DNA from: a virus
Lineage: Duplodnaviria > Caudoviricetes
Virus record (IMG/VR): IMGVR_UViG_3300025098_005131
DNA: 64,000 nt
Direction: 5' to 3' (one strand)
A model generated the notes under the pieces. The model had not been told where the DNA came from and did no database searches. It was given only the letters and a program-made list of their open reading frames with translations. Each line of letters begins with the position of its first letter. Position 1 is the stretch's first letter. Both the position numbers and the translations under genes were made by a program. Positions 49,021-57,095 of the stretch are shown piece by piece.

Positions 49021-50247
49021 CTAATTATCATTATTTGATATATTAAAAATTAATTCAGCATATTTTTCGTCATAGACTGTTTCACCTGAAGTATTTTGAA
49101 CTGCTCTTACTTTAACGATATTTCCATCTTGATCTTTTACGTTTACTTTTGTGTGCTTTCTTTCGTTTGTATATTTTTCTGCAACAGCATCATATTTTTG
49201 CAAATTGCCGGGTTCTGCAACAAAAGCATGTGATTTGTCATATTCTAAAAGATTTTGTAAATTATCAATATCAGTTACACCTGTAATTTGTGAAATAAAA
49301 CCGTCATTACTATTTACGTCTTCAAGCAACATTCGAGCGTCTGCAGTATTTGCAGGAATTCCTTTGATTTTTGGATCAATATCTTTAGCACTTTGTAAAA
49401 CTTCAAAAGAAAACTTTGGTGCACTTATAAGAGACTTAATTCCTACTTTTCCGCCTCGTATATTAGGAGCAAGAATGTAACCTGTTGTAGATATTGTCAT
49501 CGAGTATTTGATGTACCTGTGCGCGTCTGTATAATCTGCGTAGTTTGTATCTTGCGAAAAAGAACTTTCAACAAAAGCAGGAAACCAATATCCTTTCTGG
49601 CTTTCAACTCTAAATTGTTGACCAGGATTAAGCGTGTAAGCGCTCATTATCGTTTCCAATAGTTTGTTCATTTGTTGCGTAAAAGATGACCACACAGTAA
49701 TCTCGTATGTCGTACCAAAGTATTTTACAGGTGGTATTTCTATGGTTTCATAGATATTATTTTCAAGATCAGGTTTTAAACTAAAGTTTGGATTTTTTAG
49801 ATCGCTTTCTTTAGATGTATAAGAAAGATTTTGAATGCCTTCAAAGTTATTTAGCTGTCGCCATGCGGCATTATTGCTAGCAACTCTTCGTGCAACAACT
49901 TCAGGAAACATTTGATTATTTGCAATTCCTTTCGAAGGATTATTTTCAATTGCACCTCTTGAAATAGAAATAAGCGGAAGAATTAATGCGCCTCTTTTAT
50001 CAGTAATAGGCATTTTTCTTCTTAAGAGCGCAAATCTCTCACCGGTTGCAAAAACAACTGGGACTTTTTTTGTTTCTCCCTCAAGATCGTAGTAAAGAGG
50101 TATTTGTTTATCGAATAAAGAAAAGACAGCGAAGTCAAGATCTTCTAAACCACATGACGGGATAACATAGTCATATGACTTTTCGTCTTCATAGCCTGAT
50201 ATTACTTTGTTATCTTGTTCTGTATTGCTATCAAATCTTGTTGCCAT
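49021..50247 (-). CDS. Tail terminator / sheath stabiliser (T4 gp15-like)
   Basis: LEDLDFAV, VPVVFATGER, LILPLISI, YEITVWSSFTQQMNKLLE; position after the neck genes. Confidence 0.75.
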   Translation of the reverse strand: MATRFDSNTEQDNKVISGYEDEKSYDYVIPSCGLEDLDFAVFSLFDKQIPLYYDLEGETKKVPVVFATGERFALLRRKMPITDKRGALILPLISISRGAIENNPSKGIANNQMFPEVVARRVASNNAAWRQLNNFEGIQNLSYTSKESDLKNPNFSLKPDLENNIYETIEIPPVKYFGTTYEITVWSSFTQQMNKLLETIMSAYTLNPGQQFRVESQKGYWFPAFVESSFSQDTNYADYTDAHRYIKYSMTISTTGYILAPNIRGGKVGIKSLISAPKFSFEVLQSAKDIDPKIKGIPANTADARMLLEDVNSNDGFISQITGVTDIDNLQNLLEYDKSHAFVAEPGNLQKYDAVAEKYTNERKHTKVNVKDQDGNIVKVRAVQNTSGETVYDEKYAELIFNISNNDN

Positions 50248-50903
50248 TATTCATCTCCGTAAAAAGAAGACCCGATTCCATTAATACTCTTTGTAGTGCC
50301 GTCAGGTGCTACTTTTTTAGGACCGCTAATTGGTTCTTCTAAAACACCGTCTTCTCTTAGCTGGCGTTTATCAGTTTCTGTTGTTCCTCTTTGCTGTTTA
50401 AATGTAGTCTGAATTGCATCTTTTTCTGTGTAACCTTCATATGTAGGTCCAATTGCATTCTTGAATATATGTTCAGCACGTGCCTGCTTAGCTGTAAGTT
50501 TTATTGATGCAACGCGTTCAATTTGACCGTAAACTAGCTTATCGTATATGAGTGATGTTATTTCAAAGAAAAATTCACCATAAGATAAATAGTCACCTTG
50601 TCTAATGTTAAGATTTCTGTCGATAATATCTCTATCATGTATGTAAACTGTAATTGTTTTTATTTGTTCATGTCCAAACTGTGTAGTCTTAACTTCAGAC
50701 GGTTGCCATTCCACAAGACATTCTATTTCAACAGGAGGATTAAATATTTTATAGACAGACTCTTCGTAAACGTCATGTATGTCACTCAAATCTTCTCTAA
50801 TTGTATAGTAATATATTTTTTGCCCTGCTACGTCTTTAATAAGCTCTTTGGTAATATCAGCAAAAAAATCAACTTCTTTTTGTCCTATAAATAAACGCGC
50901 CAT
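50247..50903 (-). CDS. Neck / head-closure protein (T4 gp14-like)
   Basis: KELIKDVAGQKIYYY, DVYEES, PPVEI, GDYLSYGEFFFEI. Confidence 0.78.
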   Translation of the reverse strand: MARLFIGQKEVDFFADITKELIKDVAGQKIYYYTIREDLSDIHDVYEESVYKIFNPPVEIECLVEWQPSEVKTTQFGHEQIKTITVYIHDRDIIDRNLNIRQGDYLSYGEFFFEITSLIYDKLVYGQIERVASIKLTAKQARAEHIFKNAIGPTYEGYTEKDAIQTTFKQQRGTTETDKRQLREDGVLEEPISGPKKVAPDGTTKSINGIGSSFYGDE

Positions 50904-50908
50904 CTTTA

Positions 50909-52354
50909 TTATCCTATTATAATTGCTTTGCCATTAGGCACAGGTACTCGCTTTAATATATTAAGCATTGTTTCGCTCTGAGCAGCATCAGCTTCTAATA
51001 ACTTCTGGTATGTTAATTTGTCAAGCTGCTCATTTAAAGAGTCTATAAGCTTTTGCTGATCATCTCTACCTTGGCTTAGCAAATCAGAGCCATTTAACTG
51101 GACATCGCTACCAGGAATAGGCACAGAACTAAACTTTGATCTAATAAGTCCTAATGTTTCTTTGCATAGTGCAAGTGTATACTGTCTTATCCATTGTCTA
51201 GACATTTGATTAATTTTACTATAAGTAATATTTCCAAAAGGAACGTTTGACAAGTTTGAAACGCCGTCTATAGATTCGTCCCCATACGGCAGATTAGGCG
51301 AAAAAGGATCTGTAGGGAAAGAAAATTTAATGAAAAGATTCATAGGATTATCTTGTGTAGGTCGAGGATAAATTCTTAAATTTTGCCCTTGTAACTTATA
51401 TGAGTAATTACTTCTTCTAACTCTATTTGATATGTCTAATTGACCTGCTCTTAATAAATCTTCAAAAACAGGCAAAACATAAAATACAGTTTCTGGTGTA
51501 AAAGATTCAAATGCAAATTGATTATTTAAGTAGTTAATTGCTGACGTTGTATCAAAAAATCGATATGCAGCTTGAGGAGAAAAGTGAAATATCTCATTTA
51601 CTTTAATCTTTGTCATTGAAGCAGTCGGCAAAACTTTTTCTTTATAGACTGGATTAAATAAAGATTTTTGTGCTGGATCGTTATTGTACTTATCTAAGTT
51701 TAAGACAACATCGTCTGTAGGTATTTGGAGTTCTTTATAGATGTTATAATCTTGTTTGTTGTGTTGTAACTCTATAAATCCGTCCAAAGAATTGTTTACA
51801 CCACCAACAAAAGCTTCGCTAGCATAAGGTTCAGCTCTTCTTAATAAATATTCTAAAGTCTCTCTAGGAAATCTTTGCTCTTGTCCATTAGGACCTACTT
51901 TTTTATCTTCAATAGGCACTGCTGGAGGATTATTATCTTTAGCAACAATTTCACCATTGTCGTATTGACCTTCAACATTTTGTGCTAAAAACCGAGGATC
52001 GTTTACGTTTTGTATTAACAAAGGTTGCGTATTAGCATCCAATTCATCACCGTAATAATAATTTCCAAGCGCATTTTTTTTATATGTTTCAGTTGGTCCA
52101 GTCTTGAGACCAAGTATGTTAGACATATAAGATTCAGCCTGATGAGCATTTATTTTTTTTGAAAACTCAAATGTAGCCTCTTCAAAGTTTGCCCATATTT
52201 GCTTATTTGTCAACTCTACCGACATTACATCATCACCTAATCGACGTTTAACGTATAAAACAATTTTATCTGCATCTTCTTGAAAGTGGCTATCACTATC
52301 AAATGAGCCAAAAGGCGTCGGCTGATTACTTAGCATGCTTAAAAATGAAGCCAT
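50909..52354 (-). CDS. Neck / head-tail adaptor (T4 gp13-like)
   Basis: VELTNKQI, NLRIYP, WIRQYTLALCKETLGLIRSKF...PGSDVQLNG. Confidence 0.85.
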   Translation of the reverse strand: MASFLSMLSNQPTPFGSFDSDSHFQEDADKIVLYVKRRLGDDVMSVELTNKQIWANFEEATFEFSKKINAHQAESYMSNILGLKTGPTETYKKNALGNYYYGDELDANTQPLLIQNVNDPRFLAQNVEGQYDNGEIVAKDNNPPAVPIEDKKVGPNGQEQRFPRETLEYLLRRAEPYASEAFVGGVNNSLDGFIELQHNKQDYNIYKELQIPTDDVVLNLDKYNNDPAQKSLFNPVYKEKVLPTASMTKIKVNEIFHFSPQAAYRFFDTTSAINYLNNQFAFESFTPETVFYVLPVFEDLLRAGQLDISNRVRRSNYSYKLQGQNLRIYPRPTQDNPMNLFIKFSFPTDPFSPNLPYGDESIDGVSNLSNVPFGNITYSKINQMSRQWIRQYTLALCKETLGLIRSKFSSVPIPGSDVQLNGSDLLSQGRDDQQKLIDSLNEQLDKLTYQKLLEADAAQSETMLNILKRVPVPNGKAIIIG

Positions 52355-52435
52355 ACATAACTCCTATAATCTTTTATATACATATCTAATTATAAAAGTC
52401 TTTGCTAAAGAATAAGATTTCAAACAGCAAATACT

Positions 52436-52477
52436 AAAAAACCTCTACAGATAACATAAGAAATCTTGCAGAGGTTT
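52436..52477 (-). terminator. Rho-independent terminator
   Basis: AAACCTCTGCAAGAT / ATCTGTAGAGGTTT stem followed by a U-run on the minus strand. Confidence 0.65.
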
Positions 52478-52505
52478 AATAGATATTAATAAGATTATCT
52501 ATTAA

Positions 52506-52871
52506 TTAACATTTTTTACAAACAGAAACGTTTAAGTATGAAATTGCATATTGCAAACCATTTTCCCACGATACAGTTAATTTTGTTGCAAACCCTTGCT
52601 CGTTAGATTTAAAGCTTAAAACTCTACCTTTTAATCCATCTCTTAAATTATTTTGAACGCAATCACCAGCAGAAACTTTCAAGCTTGAAGAAGCAACGCT
52701 TTTTACAGCTGCTTTTTTAGGCGCAGGCTTAGCTTCTGCTTTTTTAGGAGCAGGCTTAGCTTCTGCTTTTTTAGGCGCAGGCTTAGCTTCTGTCTTCTTA
52801 GAAGCAGGTTTCTCATCTGGTTTTTCTAAATTAACCTTTTTATCTTCTTCTGATTTTTTAGCTCTCGACAT
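52506..52871 (-). CDS. Lys/Ala/Pro-rich (histone-H1-like) repeat protein with a C-terminal SH3-like domain
   Basis: EAKPAPKKA x3, then VSAGDCVQ...KGRVL...VSWENG. Confidence 0.65.
   Translation of the reverse strand: MSRAKKSEEDKKVNLEKPDEKPASKKTEAKPAPKKAEAKPAPKKAEAKPAPKKAAVKSVASSSLKVSAGDCVQNNLRDGLKGRVLSFKSNEQGFATKLTVSWENGLQYAISYLNVSVCKKC
52711..52791 (-). repeat. 27-bp tandem repeat x3
   Basis: gcttttttaggMgcaggcttagcttct at 52711, 52738 and 52765. Confidence 0.95.
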
Positions 52872-52890
52872 TTTAGTTTACTCCTTTAAA

Positions 52891-53826
52891 TTATGCAAAT
52901 GTTAACGCAGCGCCATTAGCTGACTGAATTGCTCCGCTAACATACCATTTTGGTGCTGCAGCTCCATCACATAGAAGCTCAAAAAAGTCTCCTGCAGTGT
53001 CGTGAGCATTTACAATTGTCATAGCATCACCTGATACTTCCTCTACTCCTCCTGCATTAAGAACTGTACCAACCAGAGAGCCTTCGTCTCGGGCAGCTAG
53101 CGCGTCATCTTTTGGAATTTCTACAACAATATTTCCATCAATAGCAGCTGCTACCAATCTAATTCTTAAACCAGAAGCATCAGCAATTGCATCTTGTCCT
53201 TGATTAGGAATAATATTAGCAGTTAAGTTTGTAGCAATTACACCTGCAGTTGTTAGTGCAGCTTCGTCTTTATCTACAAGTACTCCGTTTCTATTTCCAG
53301 GTAAAGTTGAGTCAATTTGAAAATTAGTTCCACCTTGAACAGCTTGCACAGCTACTCCACTCAAAGGAGAGAAATCGTTTGCGCCTGTTCCTAGCAAAGT
53401 ATGCAAATTTGTAATTGCTCCGTCGATATCAAGGCCTCGCTCGAGCTGAAATGTACTTACTCCAGACGAATCTGTTGAAACTAATTTACCGTTGTTAGCG
53501 TCAGCAGCGTCTGCAACGACTTTTAGTTTAAATTTCCTACCAAATCCTTCAAATGTAAATACTTCATTTACAGTAAATGGTCCATTAGCAGCTGTAAATT
53601 TTACAGATGTTCTAACTCCAGCAACTGCAGGAAGTAAAACTGATCTGACGTTTGCGCCTAAAAGCAATTCTTTTCCACTGTCAGCAACAGATAGTTGTTC
53701 TGTTGCAGTTGCTAATGTTCGAACAGCTTGACGATGACCTGATAACTCACCACGAAGATCAAGTGATGAAGATGTTGATGATTTTTGAACTAAACCTTTT
53801 TCTTTTGTATATTCTACGCTTGGCAT
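52891..53826 (-). CDS. Virion fibre/decoration-like protein, long paralogue
   Basis: MPSVEYTKEKGLVQKSS...LDLRGELSG; DSGK...LLPA; ends AGDFFELLCDG...KWYVSG. Confidence 0.6.
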   Translation of the reverse strand: MPSVEYTKEKGLVQKSSTSSSLDLRGELSGHRQAVRTLATATEQLSVADSGKELLLGANVRSVLLPAVAGVRTSVKFTAANGPFTVNEVFTFEGFGRKFKLKVVADAADANNGKLVSTDSSGVSTFQLERGLDIDGAITNLHTLLGTGANDFSPLSGVAVQAVQGGTNFQIDSTLPGNRNGVLVDKDEAALTTAGVIATNLTANIIPNQGQDAIADASGLRIRLVAAAIDGNIVVEIPKDDALAARDEGSLVGTVLNAGGVEEVSGDAMTIVNAHDTAGDFFELLCDGAAAPKWYVSGAIQSANGAALTFA

Positions 53827-53856
53827 ATTATTTTTCCTTTTTATTTTTATATTAAA

Positions 53857-54366
53857 TTATACTACAAATATTAATCCGCCAGCTGCTTGGCTTACGCCTT
53901 GAACTGACCATTTTGAGCCTGTGTAAAATAGCTCAATAAAATCTCCTGCTTTGGCTGTGTCTGCTACAAACCGAATTTTCGAATCATCTTCTGGGTCATT
54001 GTTAACAGCTAAATTTGCTCTATCAACTGCTGCGCCTCCTTGATATAAAGTTCCAGCAAAATCGTGAGCACCATCACCTTGGATTACTTCTATTGTTTTT
54101 CCTGCTGCAACATCTATAGCAGTTATAACTCTATATTTAACACCTGTTTCAGGGGCAGCTGGTAATGTTATATCAATATCGTTATCTGCGTTATGAGTAA
54201 CAAGAAAAACTTTTCCTGAATCTTCATTTTTTAAAGTATTAGCTGCTGCTGATATTGGCACAATTTTTTTTCTAAATCCTGATAATTCACCACGCAAGTC
54301 TAGAGCAGCATCTGTCGATGACTTTTGCACTAACCCTTTTACTTGCGTATATTCTACACTTGGCAT
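53857..54366 (-). CDS. Virion fibre/decoration-like protein, short paralogue
   Basis: ATG 54366 follows AAGGAGG (the track starts at 54399). MPSVEYTQVKGLVQKSS...LDLRGELSG; DSGKVF...TLPAA; AGDFIELFYTGSKWSVQG. Confidence 0.62.
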   Translation of the reverse strand: MPSVEYTQVKGLVQKSSTDAALDLRGELSGFRKKIVPISAAANTLKNEDSGKVFLVTHNADNDIDITLPAAPETGVKYRVITAIDVAAGKTIEVIQGDGAHDFAGTLYQGGAAVDRANLAVNNDPEDDSKIRFVADTAKAGDFIELFYTGSKWSVQGVSQAAGGLIFVV

Positions 54367-54451
54367 AACTTCCTCCTTTTCGGATAAACTTGTCCGCATG
54401 ATTCCGATGCACTGGCGGGGTCAGCTGTTATGTTTGCATCGGGCCTAATGC
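54366..54451 (-). ncRNA. Putative structured cis-regulatory RNA leader
   Basis: GC-rich island in an AT-rich intergene: 8-bp CCGAUGCA/UGCAUCGG stem enclosing CUG-ACCCCGC-CAG, outer GCAU/AUGC pairing, and CGGA/UCCG next to the RBS. Confidence 0.55.
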
Positions 54452-54461
54452 TATATATTAC

Positions 54462-54490
54462 AAAAAAGGTGCATTTTTTACGTGCACCTT
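54462..54490 (-). terminator. Rho-independent terminator
   Basis: AAGGTGCA/TGCACCTT stem followed by a U-run on the minus strand. Confidence 0.7.
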
Positions 54491-54527
54491 AATTTATTTA
54501 ACGTTAAAAATACGTAATAAGCTAATA

Positions 54528-54788
54528 TTACTCAGAGTCACCGGCAGGTTCTGCATCAACAACCTCGTCAGACTCAGGCATACTTACTGCTTCAGCCTCA
54601 TCGCCACTCGCATCGGCAGCTTGTGCCTCTGCTGCTTGTCTCTCTTGCTCTTCACGAGGTACTAGTCGATCAATTGCTTCTTGCAATGTTGAAGCATCTT
54701 GCAAAGAAAAGGCTCCTCGTCGTTGCGCTACTTGTACTGCCGAGAGAAGAATATTTATTGATTGAACTTGTTCTGGTGATAATTGCAT
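54528..54788 (-). CDS. Hypothetical phage protein with an acidic tail
   Basis: 86 aa (QSINILLSAVQVAQRRGAFSLQDA), AAAGGA RBS, own promoter and terminator. Confidence 0.7.
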   Translation of the reverse strand: MQLSPEQVQSINILLSAVQVAQRRGAFSLQDASTLQEAIDRLVPREEQERQAAEAQAADASGDEAEAVSMPESDEVVDAEPAGDSE

Positions 54789-54844
54789 TTGTTAATCCTT
54801 TCATTTAATATTAGATTTTTTTGTTCGCGATTAAATGCAGGTAT

Positions 54845-54873
54845 ATAATAAACACAAATTAATAAATGTACAC
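54845..54873 (-). promoter_or_regulatory. Sigma70-like promoter GTGTAC-N17-TATTAT
   Basis: Same spacing and motif as 8021, 10437, 19942 and 23620. Confidence 0.55.
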
Positions 54874-54892
54874 TCTTTTTTTATTTTTTTTA

Positions 54893-55114
54893 TTAGTAGT
54901 AATAAGAGCTTCTAGCTCTTCGGCGCCGGCTTCTAGCTTCTGCTAGACGCTGTTGTTTTTGATGCGCTGCATACTCTTCTTTGATAACTCTGTTAAGATA
55001 TTCTGCTGTAATTCTTACAGGTCTTTCAGTAGTTCCTTCTACAAGTCTACTTCTCTCAAGGTTACGCATTTCTTGCATAATCATTCTTCTTAACATTCTT
55101 GGGCTTAATCTCAT
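54893..55114 (-). CDS. Small Arg-rich protein (probable head/core protein)
   Basis: RMLRRMIMQE...RLVE...YLNRVIKEE...RRRRAR; AGGAG RBS. Confidence 0.65.
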   Translation of the reverse strand: MRLSPRMLRRMIMQEMRNLERSRLVEGTTERPVRITAEYLNRVIKEEYAAHQKQQRLAEARSRRRRARSSYYY

Positions 55115-55152
55115 TGTATTCTCCTGTTAAACTATTACTATATTATATATTA

Positions 55153-55440
55153 CTAAATGTCGCTTTTTTCTTTTAAGATATTAATGTCTTTTTCTATAAT
55201 TGTCATTTTTGTTTCTATTTTAGCTAAAGTGACTTTAATTTCTTGGACAGATGCTAATAGTTCTTGTAGAACACTTTCTGTAACTTTTGCTTTGTCTTCT
55301 AAAGTATTCACTCTTGCTTTTAAATCTGCCATTTCTTCGGCATTTTTTTTTGAGTCTTTATGCCAAGAGTAAAACAAACCTAAAACTGATAAAACTGTAC
55401 CTATTGATAACACTAAGTTTGGTTGCATATCCACATGCAC
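55153..55440 (-). CDS. Single-TM coiled-coil protein (holin/XhlA-like candidate)
   Basis: LVLSIGTVLSVLGLFYSW followed by heptad repeats; AGGAGG RBS. Confidence 0.5.
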   Translation of the reverse strand: MHVDMQPNLVLSIGTVLSVLGLFYSWHKDSKKNAEEMADLKARVNTLEDKAKVTESVLQELLASVQEIKVTLAKIETKMTIIEKDINILKEKSDI

Positions 55441-55483
55441 CTCCTAATTTTAATATACTTTATTAATTATCACAAAAAAGTTG

Positions 55484-55996
55484 TTATTTTGAAATCTCGT
55501 AAATTAAAATACCTAGGCCAGCTCCACTCACAGCTGATATTGTTGCCCAGATTATTTTGCTTCTTTTTTCAGACTTTAAGCTTCTTAAAAGATCTTTGTT
55601 TTTATTTTTAAGTAAATCATTGTCTAATGTGATTATCTTTATTCTTTTATTACAGCTACTTTGACATTGCGAAAGTTTAAGCTCGTATTCGTTTTTAATT
55701 ATGTTAACTAAAGAATCACAGCTACTTTGACAGCCTGTTACTATGTCTTTCATTCTTATAGTATCTCTTATTCCAATCAAGTAACCTTGCCTTGGCGCTA
55801 CCTCACCTTTATAAATAAATGGTGCATATATTTCCAAGTCACCAACTGTAATTTTTACGTCTTTATGCTGAATTATTATTGACTCAGTTTGTCTATCTGA
55901 GTTAGTAGTTGGAATATTGACAGAAACTTGAGCGTTAACTTTTGTTAATGTTAAAGAAAAAATTAAAGCTAAACTTAAAATAGTGTTTTTAATCAT
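55484..55996 (-). CDS. Signal-peptide, coiled-coil and C-terminal TM protein (spanin-like candidate)
   Basis: ATG 55996 overlaps the upstream TGA. MIKNTILSLALIFSL...VNA signal peptide; C-terminal IIWATISAVSGAGLGILIY. Confidence 0.5.
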   Translation of the reverse strand: MIKNTILSLALIFSLTLTKVNAQVSVNIPTTNSDRQTESIIIQHKDVKITVGDLEIYAPFIYKGEVAPRQGYLIGIRDTIRMKDIVTGCQSSCDSLVNIIKNEYELKLSQCQSSCNKRIKIITLDNDLLKNKNKDLLRSLKSEKRSKIIWATISAVSGAGLGILIYEISK

Positions 55997-56352
55997 TGCG
56001 AACAAACTCCTCTAGCTACACAAATAGGACAATGTAAATCTTCACTAAATTCACAGTGACCAATTGCTTCATCAATTCTTAGTGCACAGTCTTTGTTAAG
56101 ATCACTCGTCAGAGTCTGCAAGGATTTGACTTTTTCTGTTTGACATTTACTTCTTTCTTCTGTAAGTTGAGATGAAAGTATATCACGATCTCTAATGATA
56201 TCTGAACATATTATTGTCTGTTTACATTCAGGTGCTGTAGCTTTTCCTGCAAAAAAAGAACAGACAACCAAGACTAATCCAATAAATACTTTCTGAAAAG
56301 TATTGTCTTTTATGATTTTCAAAAAATCTTCTGCATCTATGTTAATAGGCAT
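55993..56352 (-). CDS. N-terminal TM, Cys-rich coiled-coil protein (i-spanin-like candidate)
   Basis: VFIGLVLVVCSFFAG TM segment, then a coiled coil with 8 Cys. Confidence 0.5.
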   Translation of the reverse strand: MPINIDAEDFLKIIKDNTFQKVFIGLVLVVCSFFAGKATAPECKQTIICSDIIRDRDILSSQLTEERSKCQTEKVKSLQTLTSDLNKDCALRIDEAIGHCEFSEDLHCPICVARGVCSQ

Positions 56353-56406
56353 ATTTATCTCCTTTGTTTTAATTAATTATAAAAATTATTATAACTTTAT
56401 ATAATA

Positions 56407-56435
56407 TTGTAATACATATTTAAATGATTTATATT
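56407..56435 (+). promoter_or_regulatory. Sigma70-like promoter TTGTAA-N17-TATATT
   Basis: Directly upstream of the AAGGAG RBS and ATG of the lipoprotein gene. Confidence 0.55.
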
Positions 56436-56452
56436 TCAAAAAGGAGATAAAT

Positions 56453-56860
56453 ATGTCAAGAATTAGAACAATTGTTTTAGCCCTTTTAGTTTCAATGTTT
56501 GCGTTTTTTGCAGGATGTGATGATGATGAAACAGAAGAAGAACCTCAAGCCGGCCAAGTAGTAGAGTGTGTAGTTTCTGAAGATGAGACTTGTGAAGAGG
56601 CACCTCAAGAAATGCCTTGCGAGGAACTTCCTGAGGCACCGCCTGCTGGTGAAGAGATGCCTGATGATTTGGACATGGAGGTTCCTGAAGAGGTTCCTGC
56701 TGGTGAAGAGGCTGATATGGAGGTTCCTGCTGGTGAAGAGGCTGATATGGAGGTTCCTGCTGGTGAAGAATCTACTGAAGAAGATCCTGTAGGGGGAGAA
56801 GAGGAAGTTCCTGCTGGCGAGCAGTCTGAAGAAGATCCTGAGGCAGAGGGTGACGAATAA
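56453..56860 (+). CDS. Highly acidic, disordered lipoprotein with tandem repeats
   Basis: Lipobox FAG|C at Cys22; EVPAGEEADM repeats; no Lys or Arg in the mature chain. Confidence 0.82.
   Translation: MSRIRTIVLALLVSMFAFFAGCDDDETEEEPQAGQVVECVVSEDETCEEAPQEMPCEELPEAPPAGEEMPDDLDMEVPEEVPAGEEADMEVPAGEEADMEVPAGEESTEEDPVGGEEEVPAGEQSEEDPEAEGDE
56690..56769 (+). repeat. 30-bp tandem repeat, ~2.7 copies
   Basis: gaggttcctgctggtgaagaggctgatatg at 56690 and 56720, partial copy at 56750. Confidence 0.95.
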
Positions 56861-57095
56861 GATAATCAATTTTCTTTCTGCGGCTTAGCTGCTTAAATTG
56901 ATATTCTAACTTAGAAGCGATGGAGCGATTCATCGCTTTTTTTATATACACAATTCGATGAGGTCCTCTTCCCCTAGTATATTTGGCGCCTCCTTTGATC
57001 TCTCCGTTATGCTGCTTTAATCTTTTTTGAAGATTTGTAGTTATACCGCAGTAAAGAGAATTATCAGCACATAACAAAACGTAAACATACCACAT
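56772..57095 (-). CDS. GIY-YIG nuclease (short UPF0213/YazA-like)
   Basis: WYVYVLLCADNSLYCGITTNLQKRLKQHNG...GAKYTRGRGP...RSIASKLE. Confidence 0.9.
   Translation of the reverse strand: MWYVYVLLCADNSLYCGITTNLQKRLKQHNGEIKGGAKYTRGRGPHRIVYIKKAMNRSIASKLEYQFKQLSRRKKIDYLIRHPLPQDLLQTARQQELPLLPLQDLLQ
56915..56943 (+). terminator. Rho-independent terminator of the lipoprotein gene, inside the antisense GIY-YIG CDS
   Basis: AAGCGATGGA-GCGA-TTCATCGCTT followed by a T-run. Confidence 0.7.

Noticed and set aside
54367-54399. ATG 54399 as the main start
   Set aside because: ATG 54366 has AAGGAGG and matches the paralogue's N-terminus.
54366-54451. Calling the leader a bona fide HDV/theta ribozyme
   Set aside because: No P2 helix adjacent to P3 and no convincing P4/J4-2; kept only as a structured-RNA candidate.
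56690-56769. 30-bp repeats as a CRISPR array
   Set aside because: Contiguous, spacer-less and in frame within a CDS.
56492-56869. Antisense and alternative-frame ORFs over the lipoprotein
   Set aside because: Stop-free only because of the repeat; no independent signals.
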